Assembly: GCA_000175855.1 (NCBI GenBank)
Contig: ACYB01000031.1
Span: 90,001-122,000 of the forward strand
Length of the DNA: 32,000 nt
Reading direction: 5' to 3'
DNA from: Raphidiopsis brookii D9
GTDB lineage: Bacteria > Cyanobacteriota > Cyanobacteriia > Cyanobacteriales > Nostocaceae
The notes under the pieces were generated by a model that had not been told where the DNA came from, made no database searches, and worked only from the letters and a program-made list of their open reading frames with translations. Positions 1 through 9,909 of this stretch are shown one piece after another. The first letter of the stretch is position 1; each line of letters starts with the position of its first letter. The translations under genes and the position numbers were made by a program.

Positions 1-1
1 C

Positions 2-1335
<1,334 letters not shown>

Positions 1336-1445
1336 AATTCAATACTTAACTGGTTGAGCTGTTATGATTTAATTGTATTGCGATCGCACCCCAGTGTAAC
1401 GGAAGATATGCCAAAAATATACCAAGATCTCATACCCATTCGACT

Positions 1446-2423
1446 TTGTCAAATAGGAAGCGATTTACCACTCTTATTCCTCCCTTTGCTGTAATGACAC
1501 ATCAAACCTCTGGTCACTGGCGTTTAGGACTAACCTTGTCTTTACTCACGGCATTTTTATGGGGAGTTTTACCAGTCGCTTTAAAAATGACTCTCCAGGT
1601 ATTAGATATATATACTATTGTCTGGTTTCGGTTCTCTTTAGCATTTGTACTTTTAGGAGCTTATTTGTTCACCCAAAAGAAGCTACCAACGCAACAACAA
1701 ATATTTTCTGCGCCTATCAAATTGTTAATTATTACCACTATTTTCCTGTGTAGTAATTATATACTATTCATGCAAGGTATAGCCTTAACCACTGCTAACA
1801 ATACAGAAGTTCTAATTCAACTCGCAGGCGTTTTATTCGGACTTGGAGGTTTGGTGGTTTTTAAAGAACGTTATACCCTATGGCAATGGTTGGGTATTAG
1901 TATCTTAACTTTCGGTTTTTTGTTATTTTTTAAATCCCAAATTAGCAATCTAATTACCAGTCAGGGACAATACCTCTTAGGTAGTGGGTTAGTAATATTA
2001 GGTGCCATTTCTTGGGCTATTTATGCTTTGGCACAAAAGGAATTATTACAATCTCTATCATCTTCCCATATTATGCTCATAGTTTATGGTGGATGTGCTT
2101 TATTATTGACTCCTTTTGCCAAGATTACCACTGTCTTCACTCTTGATATTGCATCTTTATCAGTGCTAATTTTTTGTGGACTAAATACCCTAATTGCTTA
2201 TGGTGCTTTTGCGGAGTCTTTAGAACATTGCCCAGCATCCATAGTCAGTGCAATTTTAGCCCTAGCTCCCATTTTTACCCTAATATCAGTAGACTTAGCA
2301 GCAACTATTCTCCCTCAAATCTTTACCCCCGAATATATTAACCTGAGAGGGATTATTGGTGCTTTACTAGTTGTGGTTGGTTCAGCAACCACTGCTTTGG
2401 GTAAAAATAAATGTGTCCGGTAA
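1446..2423 (+). CDS. DMT superfamily transporter (EamA family); TTG start given, ATG near 1494 possible
   Basis: About ten hydrophobic segments in two EamA-like halves (LTAFLWGVLPVALKMTLQ... ISWAIYALAQKELLQ). Confidence 0.88.
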   Translation: MSNRKRFTTLIPPFAVMTHQTSGHWRLGLTLSLLTAFLWGVLPVALKMTLQVLDIYTIVWFRFSLAFVLLGAYLFTQKKLPTQQQIFSAPIKLLIITTIFLCSNYILFMQGIALTTANNTEVLIQLAGVLFGLGGLVVFKERYTLWQWLGISILTFGFLLFFKSQISNLITSQGQYLLGSGLVILGAISWAIYALAQKELLQSLSSSHIMLIVYGGCALLLTPFAKITTVFTLDIASLSVLIFCGLNTLIAYGAFAESLEHCPASIVSAILALAPIFTLISVDLAATILPQIFTPEYINLRGIIGALLVVVGSATTALGKNKCVR

Positions 2424-2619
2424 TCAGCCGTTAGATACAAATAGTGCAGCTTTAGTGGTAAATACCTCATTATCCAGCTCAGTTTCCGGTACTTACTTGG
2501 TGATAAATGATGGTATTGCTGGGTTTCAACATCAACAAGACCTATTAATTAATATTACGGGATACAGTGGTACATTGCCAGGTGTTGGTACTATTCCCGT
2601 TACTAGCTTTTTTGTGTAA
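2424..2619 (+). pseudogene. C-terminal fragment of a 'bluetail'-type cyanobacterial surface protein
   Basis: Translation SGTYLVINDGIAGFQHQQDLLINITGYSGTLPGVGTIPVTSFFV* resembles the C-terminal tail of bluetail-domain surface proteins. No N-terminal coding region is present; the frame is entered inside the transporter 3' end. Confidence 0.55.
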
Positions 2620-2950
2620 TAGTTTAGATCAAGAGAGACCACCCGTACCTTGGTTGAGATGGTAGGATAATCGGGGAAATTTGCTGTTGACGGGTAGCGA
2701 TCGTGCTGAATAGAATAGGAGTGTCAAAAAAGAGAGCTGGCGGAGCCTATAGCTATTTAAGAAAGCGCAGAAAAAGAACAGAAACGTCAGCAAAACGAGA
2801 TAGCAGAAGCCCTAGCTATTCAAGAACGTGGGAAAAAGGAAAAATTAGCTGCTTACTTGCACTCTCTTGGTATAAACCCAGACGAGATTTAAATCATTAG
2901 TCTTTATCACGAGAGTTTTTAACAAGTGTTCACCCTTTCCAACCATATTC
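2620..2950 (+). pseudogene. Degenerate partial copy of the 3' part of the Uma2 gene at 3412..4407
   Basis: Nucleotide-level match to 4033..~4460 (e.g. GGTTGAGATGGTRGGATAATCGGGGAAATTTGCTGTTGACGGG; AAAAATTAGCTGCTTACTTGC..TCTCTTGGTATAAACCCAGAYGAGATTTAAATCATTAGTCTTTATCAC). Copy carries TGG->TAG, CAG->TAG and CAA->TAA changes and a ~5-nt insertion frameshift. Confidence 0.9.
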
Positions 2951-3411
2951 TAAAATGCGTTTGCAAAGCACTCGCTACGTGCGATTGCCCATTAACCCCT
3001 ATTAAATTTAATACGTTCTGTACTATAGTTTTTTCTTTCTCCTCTAGGATTTACTCCATCCATTACAGCATAAGCAGCTCCAACTCTTAATAAACCGACT
3101 AAAAAGAATTAGCCCCCTTTTTTAAGCAGGGCGTTTTCATTCTCCAAAATTGCGATCGCCTTTCTTAACTACCCAAAGGGGGTAACCTCACTTAAACAAA
3201 TCCGTAAAATACAGTATCAAAAGTATTTCCAGAATTAAGTATTGCATATTGCCGAGTTTTATGTTAAGAGTTAGAATATCCGCTGGTACAATATAACTAC
3301 ATAGGAACAACACCACGCTAATGCGACCATCCCCAAACCAAGGAAAATTCAATAGTCTAGAATTAATTAACCCAATAAAACTAGAACCTATCCTATTACC
3401 CCGCATTAACC

Positions 3412-4407
3412 ATGCAAGTAACCACCACCTCAACTCCCATCCCACCAGGAGAGCTATCACCCTCCAACTGGCCGGATCATACCCAGCTCCCTGATTCTGA
3501 TGATAACTTTGTGAAAAACTTTCAAGAACATCCACAAAGTGTAATCCTGACCACATCTATTGAACCCCTATTAGACAAAATCCATCCAGACAAGGATTAT
3601 TGTATAGGACAAGATAGTGGCATCTATTGGCGGTTTACAGAGCCAGTGGAAAAAGGAGTAGAAGCACCGGACTGGTTTTATGTACGTGGAGTGCCATCCA
3701 GACTGGAAGGGAAATTGAGGCGTTCCTACGTGATGTGGAAAGAAAAAGTGCCTCCCCTGATAGTGATAGAATTTGTATCGGGAGATGGGGAAGAGGAAAA
3801 AGATAATTCACCGCCACCGGAAGGGAATGAAGTAGACCCAAAAACAAAAAAGGTAAAGAAAGCGGGGAAGTTTTGGGTTTATGAACAGGCGGTAAAGATA
3901 CCCTATTATGCCATATTCAATGGATTTGAGGGAACATTAGAGATGTATCACCTAGAAAAAGGAAGATACAAACAGGTGAAGGCAAATAGAAGAAACCACT
4001 ATCCAATACCAGAGTTAGGGGTAGAGCTGGGAATATTATTAGACCAGGAGAGACCACCCATACCCTGGTTGAGATGGTGGGATAATCGGGGAAATTTGCT
4101 GTTGACGGGGAATGAGCGTGCTGAACAGGAGTGTCAGAGAAGAGAGCTGGCAGAGGCTATAGCTATTCAAGAGCGTTTTGAAAAAGAACAGGAGCGTCAG
4201 CAAAAGGAGCTGGCAGAATCTCTAGCTATTCAAGAACGTGAGAAAAAGGAAATGGCAGAAGCCCTAGCTATTCAAGAACGTACTGAAAAAGAACAGGAAC
4301 GTCAGCAAAAGGAGCTGGCAGAAGCCCTGGCTATTCAAGAGCGTGAGAAGAAGGAAAAATTAGCTGCTTACTTGCGATCTCTTGGTATAAACCCAGATGA
4401 GATTTAA
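3412..4407 (+). CDS. Uma2 family endonuclease-like protein with repetitive C-terminal coiled-coil tail
   Basis: IYWRFTEPVEKGVEAPDWFYVRGVPSRLEGKLRRSYVMWKEKVPPLIVIEFVSGDGEEEKD matches Uma2/DUF820; C-terminus is (KELAEALAIQEREKKE)-type heptad repeats. Confidence 0.9.
   Translation: MQVTTTSTPIPPGELSPSNWPDHTQLPDSDDNFVKNFQEHPQSVILTTSIEPLLDKIHPDKDYCIGQDSGIYWRFTEPVEKGVEAPDWFYVRGVPSRLEGKLRRSYVMWKEKVPPLIVIEFVSGDGEEEKDNSPPPEGNEVDPKTKKVKKAGKFWVYEQAVKIPYYAIFNGFEGTLEMYHLEKGRYKQVKANRRNHYPIPELGVELGILLDQERPPIPWLRWWDNRGNLLLTGNERAEQECQRRELAEAIAIQERFEKEQERQQKELAESLAIQEREKKEMAEALAIQERTEKEQERQQKELAEALAIQEREKKEKLAAYLRSLGINPDEI
4144..4353 (+). repeat. Two tandem 105-nt in-frame units (63 + 42 nt each) encoding coiled coil
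   Basis: 4144-4248 and 4249-4353 align; each has a 21-aa subunit (ELAEALAIQERFEKEQERQQK) plus a 14-aa subunit (ELAEALAIQEREKK), both multiples of seven residues. Confidence 0.85.
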
Positions 4408-4495
4408 ATCATTAGTCTTTATCACCAGGGTTTTTAATAAGTGTTCACCCTTCCTAACCACCTTCAAAATTTCCCTTGAGAAGATTTAAGGAAGC

Positions 4496-4525
4496 GCGAG
4501 ATCCCATAGGGGATCGCCCTTTTTA
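4496..4525 (+). terminator. Putative rho-independent-like terminator downstream of Uma2 gene
   Basis: GATCCC-ATAG-GGGATC stem followed by CGCCCTTTTT. Confidence 0.45.
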
Positions 4526-4666
4526 AAAATTCACACGCACCCTAATCAATACAAAATTACCAAGATCTTTATCACAAAACCAGTGGGCGGGTTGGTTTCT
4601 ACCCAACAAATCACACCATAACATAATTTATGTGTTATACTGTAAACACTTCCACTTTAAAATAAA

Positions 4667-4945
4667 GTGTATGTAGAACAACGGACTACTCGTTCCTGGG
4701 ATATTTCTATTTCTAATACAGTTCGTCAAATTAATCGCACTAATAAACGACGAAAGGTAAACGCCTACTATTTAAGTGGTTCTGAATTAAAAGCAGCTCT
4801 TGCAGATGCTTATTATTCCGCACTAGATGGCGCTTCCTTGGAAGCTTTTGAAGGTCGCTATTCTAGTGAGGAATTAGCTGAAAGAATTGATTATAGTCGT
4901 CTAATGAAAGATGCTTGGGATTTGATTTCAAAACAACAAAATTAG
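4667..4945 (+). CDS. Small hypothetical protein (92 aa)
   Basis: Isolated ORF with balanced composition (LKAALADAYYSALDGASLEAFEGRYSSEELAERIDYSRLMKDAWDLISKQQN); family not recognised. Confidence 0.6.
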   Translation: MYVEQRTTRSWDISISNTVRQINRTNKRRKVNAYYLSGSELKAALADAYYSALDGASLEAFEGRYSSEELAERIDYSRLMKDAWDLISKQQN

Positions 4946-5168
4946 CCGAATGAGGAATCAACTCCTGTTTAGAAGTGAAACATAGCATTTCATTTGTTCA
5001 AGTCTAGAACGTTCCAGTGGGATGTTGCCTAGCACGGGAATATTTTGTTGAGAACAATAAAAAATAGCTGAAAGTCTTGTCAGGTAGTCAATATAGGGGT
5101 TCACGAAAAATTCACAAATCGCCCATATTCCCTTAACTAGGTCTATTATATATCAGTAGGGTCTTTTT

Positions 5169-6749
5169 GTGCAGGAGTATATGAGACAAGTTGATGATTT
5201 ATTTAACCTTAATCTGATTGTTGGCGTAACTTGGCTGTTGTTCACATTACAGCCAAGTATGGCTCAAACTTCTCCCCAAAAACCATTAGCTCCACCTGTG
5301 GGCAGTATTAGTGTATCTAATATTGATATACTTCCCAATGTTATTGATTTGAGCACTAAAGAGTCAATAACTAGATTATTGTTACGGGATGCGCCCGTTA
5401 CTGAAGTTTTGTCTCTGTTAGCTCGTGTTGCTGGTTTAAATCTTATTTACTTTGAACAAGAAGAAGTTAACTCTGGTCAAGAAAAGTCACAACAACAGGT
5501 GATTAATAACAATACTAATAATAAAATTAGGACTATTAGTAAAATTTCCCTAGATATTAAAAATGAATCTGTACAAAAAGTATTTAACTATGTCTTACAA
5601 GTTAGTGGATTAGAAGCTAGACGGGTGGACAGAACAATTCTGGTGGGGGCCAAATTACCTAATACCAGTGTTAATAGAATAGTCAGGACCTTACGACTGA
5701 ATCAGGTAACTGTAGGTATAGGTTTAGACTTTTTGGTAGCTCTGGGTGCGGAAACTGAGGTCAGTCGTGAAAGACCAATAACTACAGTTAATACCATACC
5801 CATTGCAGGTGGAGTTGCACCGGTGACTCAATCTCAGACAACTACTGAAACTAAAATGGAGGCCAAACGGGTTGATTATCAAGACTCCACACCTTTACTG
5901 AGGGGATTACAAATTGTGGGAGATGAACGAACAAATTCGATTACTTTGATTGGCAATCCCCAATTAGTTGATATAGCAACTTCAAAACTGACCAACCTAG
6001 ATATTCGTCGTCGTCAGGTGAAGGTGAATCTGAAAATTATTGATGTTAATCTCTGGGGAATTGAAAACTATAACTCCAGTTTTTCTTTTGGGATTGGTGA
6101 TAATTTCTTGTCTAATGACCAGGGTATAGCTACCTTCAATTTTGGCAACCAAAGACCATTCACCGGTTCGGGATCAGTACCAACTTCCCTAGTGGGATTA
6201 CCCAATCGGTTTTTAGCTTTTTTACAAGCTCAGGTAACAAATGGTAATGCTAAGATCTTGACAGATCCTAGTTTAATTGTTCAAGAAGGACAAAATGCAA
6301 ATGTTAAACTAACTCAACAGGTTATTGGACAAGAGAAGATCACCAGAATTGACACACCTGGTAATTCTAGGGAGGAACGGATCATCGAGAAAGAAGAGGT
6401 TGGTTTAACCGTAAATGTGAGGGTTGAGCGGATTGATGATAATGGTTTTATTTCCCTATCGGTTGCTCCTGTAGTTAAATCTCCAGTTAATTCAGAATCA
6501 ACGGGTGCAGGAAAAGTTACCCTAATTGCTGAACGCTCTCTTAACTCGGGACTAATTCGTCTCCGGGATGGTCAAACCCTTCTCCTGTCTGGTATTATCC
6601 AAGACCAAGACCGGTCAGTGGTAACTAAGGTCCCCCTTTTGTCTGATATTCCCCTGCTGGGTGCATTATTTAGAAGCACAAAGAAAGACCGTGAGCGTAG
6701 AGAAGTGATTGTACTACTTACACCCAGAATAATTGAGGAGCAGTCATGA
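5169..6749 (+). CDS. Secretin-type protein (STN-like region + type II/III secretion/PilQ secretin domain)
   Basis: N-terminal signal-like segment ending PSMAQT; STN-like ISLDIKNESVQKVFNYVLQVSGLEARRVDRTILVG; secretin core (LKIIDVNLWGIENYNSSFSFGIG, ..., RLRDGQTLLLSGIIQDQDRSVVTKVPLLSDIPLLGALFRSTKKDRERREVIVLLTPRII). Confidence 0.9.
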   Translation: MQEYMRQVDDLFNLNLIVGVTWLLFTLQPSMAQTSPQKPLAPPVGSISVSNIDILPNVIDLSTKESITRLLLRDAPVTEVLSLLARVAGLNLIYFEQEEVNSGQEKSQQQVINNNTNNKIRTISKISLDIKNESVQKVFNYVLQVSGLEARRVDRTILVGAKLPNTSVNRIVRTLRLNQVTVGIGLDFLVALGAETEVSRERPITTVNTIPIAGGVAPVTQSQTTTETKMEAKRVDYQDSTPLLRGLQIVGDERTNSITLIGNPQLVDIATSKLTNLDIRRRQVKVNLKIIDVNLWGIENYNSSFSFGIGDNFLSNDQGIATFNFGNQRPFTGSGSVPTSLVGLPNRFLAFLQAQVTNGNAKILTDPSLIVQEGQNANVKLTQQVIGQEKITRIDTPGNSREERIIEKEEVGLTVNVRVERIDDNGFISLSVAPVVKSPVNSESTGAGKVTLIAERSLNSGLIRLRDGQTLLLSGIIQDQDRSVVTKVPLLSDIPLLGALFRSTKKDRERREVIVLLTPRIIEEQS

Positions 6750-6777
6750 ACAATCACAAAAGACCAGCTCTACAATT

Positions 6778-7560
6778 CTAAGGTGAGGTTGATGGCTTAA
6801 TGTTTTTAGCTTTGTAAAAGGTTTCTAAACTATCCCTATCTCCTACAAAGCGCCAATGCCATGGTTCATAACTTACACCTTGAAGATTATCCCGAGGAAA
6901 GGATAATTCAAAGCCGAAACGAGCGGCATTAGATTGTAACCATGCAAATGCTTTTGTATTTTCAAATGTGGGACTAAGATTGGTTCCTGGTACTGCTCCA
7001 TCACCAATATCCACAGCATAACCAGTATGGTGTTCACTATAACCCGGAGGGGCACTAAGTGCTGCTCTTTCTGCTGGAGTTTGATTGCGTTGGGCACCTA
7101 CTTTGAAGAACAATTGTTCTTGTTCTTGGATAGAACGAAAACCAGAAATAGGGACTAGGATTACGCCCATGGTCCCAGCTGATTGTACCATGGTTTGAAA
7201 TTTCTGGGCAGCACTCCGCCGCATTTTAATTTTTCCATCAGCATTGATAGGAATTAGCTCTTCTAATGATGCTTCGTTATAGGCTAAATGTCCCAATACC
7301 GCATTGTTATTTGATGGATTTGATGGGATGGATGTAATAGGTGTTGATTGAGTATCAGTGTTTTTTTTGGGTGCAGTAATAAAGAATAAGAAACCACTAC
7401 CCACAGCCATGATAGCAAATCCTAAAACTCCACCAACTATTAAAATCAGAGGTTGGACACCCGTGGAAGAGCTCTTTTCCGGAGTATCCCGTAAAGCGGC
7501 CGGAATATCATCATTTGACAATGAGTTTTCGGGATTTCCCGGAAGTCCACCATTTTTCAA
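6778..7560 (-). CDS. M15 family D-alanyl-D-alanine carboxypeptidase (VanY-like), membrane anchored
   Basis: GTMGVILVPISGFRSIQEQEQLF...PGYSEHHTGYAVDIGDG...ALVSYEPWHWRFVG: zinc-binding residues of M15B; one N-terminal TM. Confidence 0.92.
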   Translation of the reverse strand: MKNGGLPGNPENSLSNDDIPAALRDTPEKSSSTGVQPLILIVGGVLGFAIMAVGSGFLFFITAPKKNTDTQSTPITSIPSNPSNNNAVLGHLAYNEASLEELIPINADGKIKMRRSAAQKFQTMVQSAGTMGVILVPISGFRSIQEQEQLFFKVGAQRNQTPAERAALSAPPGYSEHHTGYAVDIGDGAVPGTNLSPTFENTKAFAWLQSNAARFGFELSFPRDNLQGVSYEPWHWRFVGDRDSLETFYKAKNIKPSTSP

Positions 7561-7646
7561 GTTTCTACTCCTGTTTGACCAAAATAATGGGATAAGAGCA
7601 CTTCTAGCAAGGCTTTTCCTGGTTTATAGTATATAGCCCACCAATT

Positions 7647-8030
7647 TTAGGTTCTAATCACAACTGTGGAAATTCCAATAATTTCACCATCTTTTGTACC
7701 TAGTATATAAGCATGAACCTCTCTATTACCAATTTCATACACTTTTGCCTCATCCAAATTGCTCTTCAAAACAAGTACAAGGCTTTCAAATCTCTTGGCT
7801 ATATTTTGCTCTTCCTTTTCATACCAATCTTCCTGTTTTGTGACGCCCCGAAAAAAATCATCAACGGTCACGGTTCTGACATTACCTATAATACCAGTTT
7901 TTTCTTGAATTGTAGTTTCATTGAGATTAAAAAATTCCCAATGGACTACATTAAAAGGATATTCAGATTCACTGGGCATGAACAAGCCCTCTGTGGTTTG
8001 TTTTAGTAGGTCAATTACTGATTTGCTCAT
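7647..8030 (-). CDS. nuiA: Nuclease A inhibitor family protein (NuiA-like); ORF track start at 8069 probably too far upstream
   Basis: FMPSESEYPFNVVHWE...VDDFFRGVTKQEDWYEKEEQNIAKRFESLVLVLKSNL...VYEIGNREVHAYILGTKDGEIIGISTVVIRT resembles Anabaena NuiA. Confidence 0.82.
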   Translation of the reverse strand: MSKSVIDLLKQTTEGLFMPSESEYPFNVVHWEFFNLNETTIQEKTGIIGNVRTVTVDDFFRGVTKQEDWYEKEEQNIAKRFESLVLVLKSNLDEAKVYEIGNREVHAYILGTKDGEIIGISTVVIRT

Positions 8031-8076
8031 TTTTATTGATTGCTTGCCATTGGTCCACCATAACATCAAATAACGA

Positions 8077-8148
<72 letters not shown>

Positions 8149-8165
8149 GCACTGATAGTTACTTT

Positions 8166-8185
8166 TGATATTATCTATAGTATCA
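8166..8185. promoter_or_regulatory. Imperfect 20-bp dyad TGATATTATCTATAGTATCA, candidate operator for the BlaI-type regulator
   Basis: 8 of 10 symmetric positions pair; lies between divergent tRNA-Cys and the blaI-like gene. Confidence 0.35.
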
Positions 8186-8240
8186 TATTCTTTTATGAAT
8201 TGCACCAGCTCCCCAAAAATTTTTTTTGGCAATTACTATT

Positions 8241-8660
8241 ATGGCTCCACTACCAGATTATCGTCCTAAACAATTATCTGTCGGACCTTTGGAAGCAGAA
8301 ATTCTGGGCATCGTTTGGGATCTAGGGTCGGCTACAGTTAAGGACGTACATGACCGGATCCTCAGTGACCCAGATCGTGAACTAGCTTATACTTCCGTCA
8401 CTACGGTTCTACGTCGTCTCACAGAAAAGGGTTGGTTGTCCTGTGATAAACAGGGAAAAGCATTCTATTGGCGACCACTGGTCACTAAAGAACAGGCGGA
8501 AATGATTAGGGCGCATGAACATTTACAACGGTTCTTAGCTGTGGGTAATCCTGATGTGGTGGCCGCCTTTGCTGACAGTTTAGACGAAGCGGCTAGTAAA
8601 CAAATTCAGGCGATCTCTCAAAGGATCCAGTCTGCACGCCAGAATAGAGGAGATAAATAA
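8241..8660 (+). CDS. BlaI/MecI/CopY family transcriptional regulator
   Basis: LGPLEAEILGIVWDLGSATVKDVHDRI...LAYTSVTTVLRRLTEKGWL...GKAFYWRPLVTKEQ: BlaI winged helix. ATG at 8241 preferred over TTG at 8226. Confidence 0.94.
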   Translation: MAPLPDYRPKQLSVGPLEAEILGIVWDLGSATVKDVHDRILSDPDRELAYTSVTTVLRRLTEKGWLSCDKQGKAFYWRPLVTKEQAEMIRAHEHLQRFLAVGNPDVVAAFADSLDEAASKQIQAISQRIQSARQNRGDK

Positions 8661-8664
8661 GATT

Positions 8665-9561
8665 ATGCATCTACTAATGCTAATCACGGCTCTTACCATT
8701 GCCTACACCTTGCGATATTCTGCCCATATACCCAAAGGAAATTGGCATCTGAGGTGGAGCAGGACTTTATTTTTCTTTCTTTTCCCACCGTTGTTAATTT
8801 TAATGACCGTGATGTCCGTAGTCTGTATGGGAACCCAAGGTCAAATGGGGGGAATATATACAGATTATTTTAGCTATGTTTTAGGTTGGTTGTTTCTAGT
8901 ATTTTTAGTTTTTACAGCTTTAAGACTGGCTTGGCAAGGCTGGCGATCATTAAAGTCCGCCCGTGAATGTCCTACCATCAATCTCATAGGCCAATCAGCC
9001 AGACTGTTACCTACCCCTGCTCTATTTGCGGGACAAATTGGTTTTTGGTCTCCTGAACTGGTAGTGAGTCAGGGACTATTAAAACATCTTTCTCCGGAAC
9101 AATTAGAGAGTGTTCTAGCTCATGAACAGGGACATTATAGTTATAGAGACACTTTTTGTTTCTTTTGGCTGGGTTGGATCCGTTCCTGTAGTGCTTGCTT
9201 ACCTAACACAGAACCTTTATGGCAAGAGCTATTAATGTTGCGAGAACTGAGAGCTGATAGTTATGCTGCTGCTCGGGTAGACCCCCTTGTACTGGCTGAG
9301 TCTCTACTATTGGTAGTAAGTAGTCAACCATTAGCATGGGATATATGTTGTGCAGCACTAAGCTCCTCTAAAGTTGATAGGTTGGAGCAGAGAATAGATG
9401 CTTTGTTAGCTTTCTCGGAACCAAATTGGCCAGAATGGGATTTAAAATCAAAATTACATTACTGGCGAGTTTTTGCCTTAGCTCTTTTACCTTTGGTAAC
9501 TGTTTTTTCCACAGTTAGAAGATTAGCTATTATGAACTCCATTGCTGTAGATGCGTACTAG
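8665..9561 (+). CDS. M56 family (BlaR1/MecR1-like) membrane metallopeptidase
   Basis: Begins 4 nt after blaI-like stop; VLAHEQGHYSYRDTFCFFWLGWIRSC...LLMLRELRADSYAA: HEXXH + M56 context, several TM segments. Confidence 0.9.
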   Translation: MHLLMLITALTIAYTLRYSAHIPKGNWHLRWSRTLFFFLFPPLLILMTVMSVVCMGTQGQMGGIYTDYFSYVLGWLFLVFLVFTALRLAWQGWRSLKSARECPTINLIGQSARLLPTPALFAGQIGFWSPELVVSQGLLKHLSPEQLESVLAHEQGHYSYRDTFCFFWLGWIRSCSACLPNTEPLWQELLMLRELRADSYAAARVDPLVLAESLLLVVSSQPLAWDICCAALSSSKVDRLEQRIDALLAFSEPNWPEWDLKSKLHYWRVFALALLPLVTVFSTVRRLAIMNSIAVDAY

Positions 9562-9593
9562 GATACGCATCTTAGCTTGTGGAATAATGCCAA

Positions 9594-9818
9594 CTAACTA
9601 ATTGTCTCCAATTCACTCTCTCTTAAATGGGCTTTGAATTTTTTGCTGAACTGGACTAGAATGGGGAAGTTAGCACTCACTGGTCTACCTTGCCATTGGG
9701 TGACAATGGCGGAAATTTGACCTTCCGCACCCTTAATGTCAAACCCCTGACCTTTATTATCCGGGTGATGGTAAACTATCACTGACTCTTTCACACGCAC
9801 GCGATCGCCAATCTTCAT
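9594..9818 (-). CDS. ftrV: Ferredoxin-thioredoxin reductase, variable (alpha) chain
   Basis: MKIGDRVRVKESVIVYHHPDNKGQGFDIKGAEGQISAIVTQWQGRPVSANFPILVQF: FtrV SH3-like subunit. Confidence 0.93.
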   Translation of the reverse strand: MKIGDRVRVKESVIVYHHPDNKGQGFDIKGAEGQISAIVTQWQGRPVSANFPILVQFSKKFKAHLRESELETIS

Positions 9819-9909
9819 AGTGAGTATTTGTACTTAAATTTTATTGAAAATGTATTTTGCTTGCCTGATTTTACCATATCTAGGCTGTTGTCTCCAAAAA
9901 AGGAGAATA

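Noticed and set aside
2703-2900. 65-aa plus-strand ORF in the track
   Set aside because: It is an out-of-frame reading of the decayed Uma2 tail copy; not a real gene.
3188-3556. 122-aa minus-strand hydrophobic ORF
   Set aside because: Overlaps the start of the well-supported Uma2 gene and has no recognisable family; probably spurious.
3635-3847. 70-aa minus-strand ORF
   Set aside because: Entirely antisense inside the Uma2 coding region.
4144-4353. Repeats considered as a CRISPR array
   Set aside because: Units are in-frame coding repeats with no variable spacers.
6873-7097. 74-aa plus-strand ORF
   Set aside because: Antisense to the M15 peptidase; shadow ORF.
8201-8230. CCCCAAAAATTTTTTTTGGC as a terminator for tRNA-Cys
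   Set aside because: It lies on the 5' side of the minus-strand tRNA and just before the blaI-like start, so it cannot terminate tRNA-Cys; it is only an A/T-rich palindrome.
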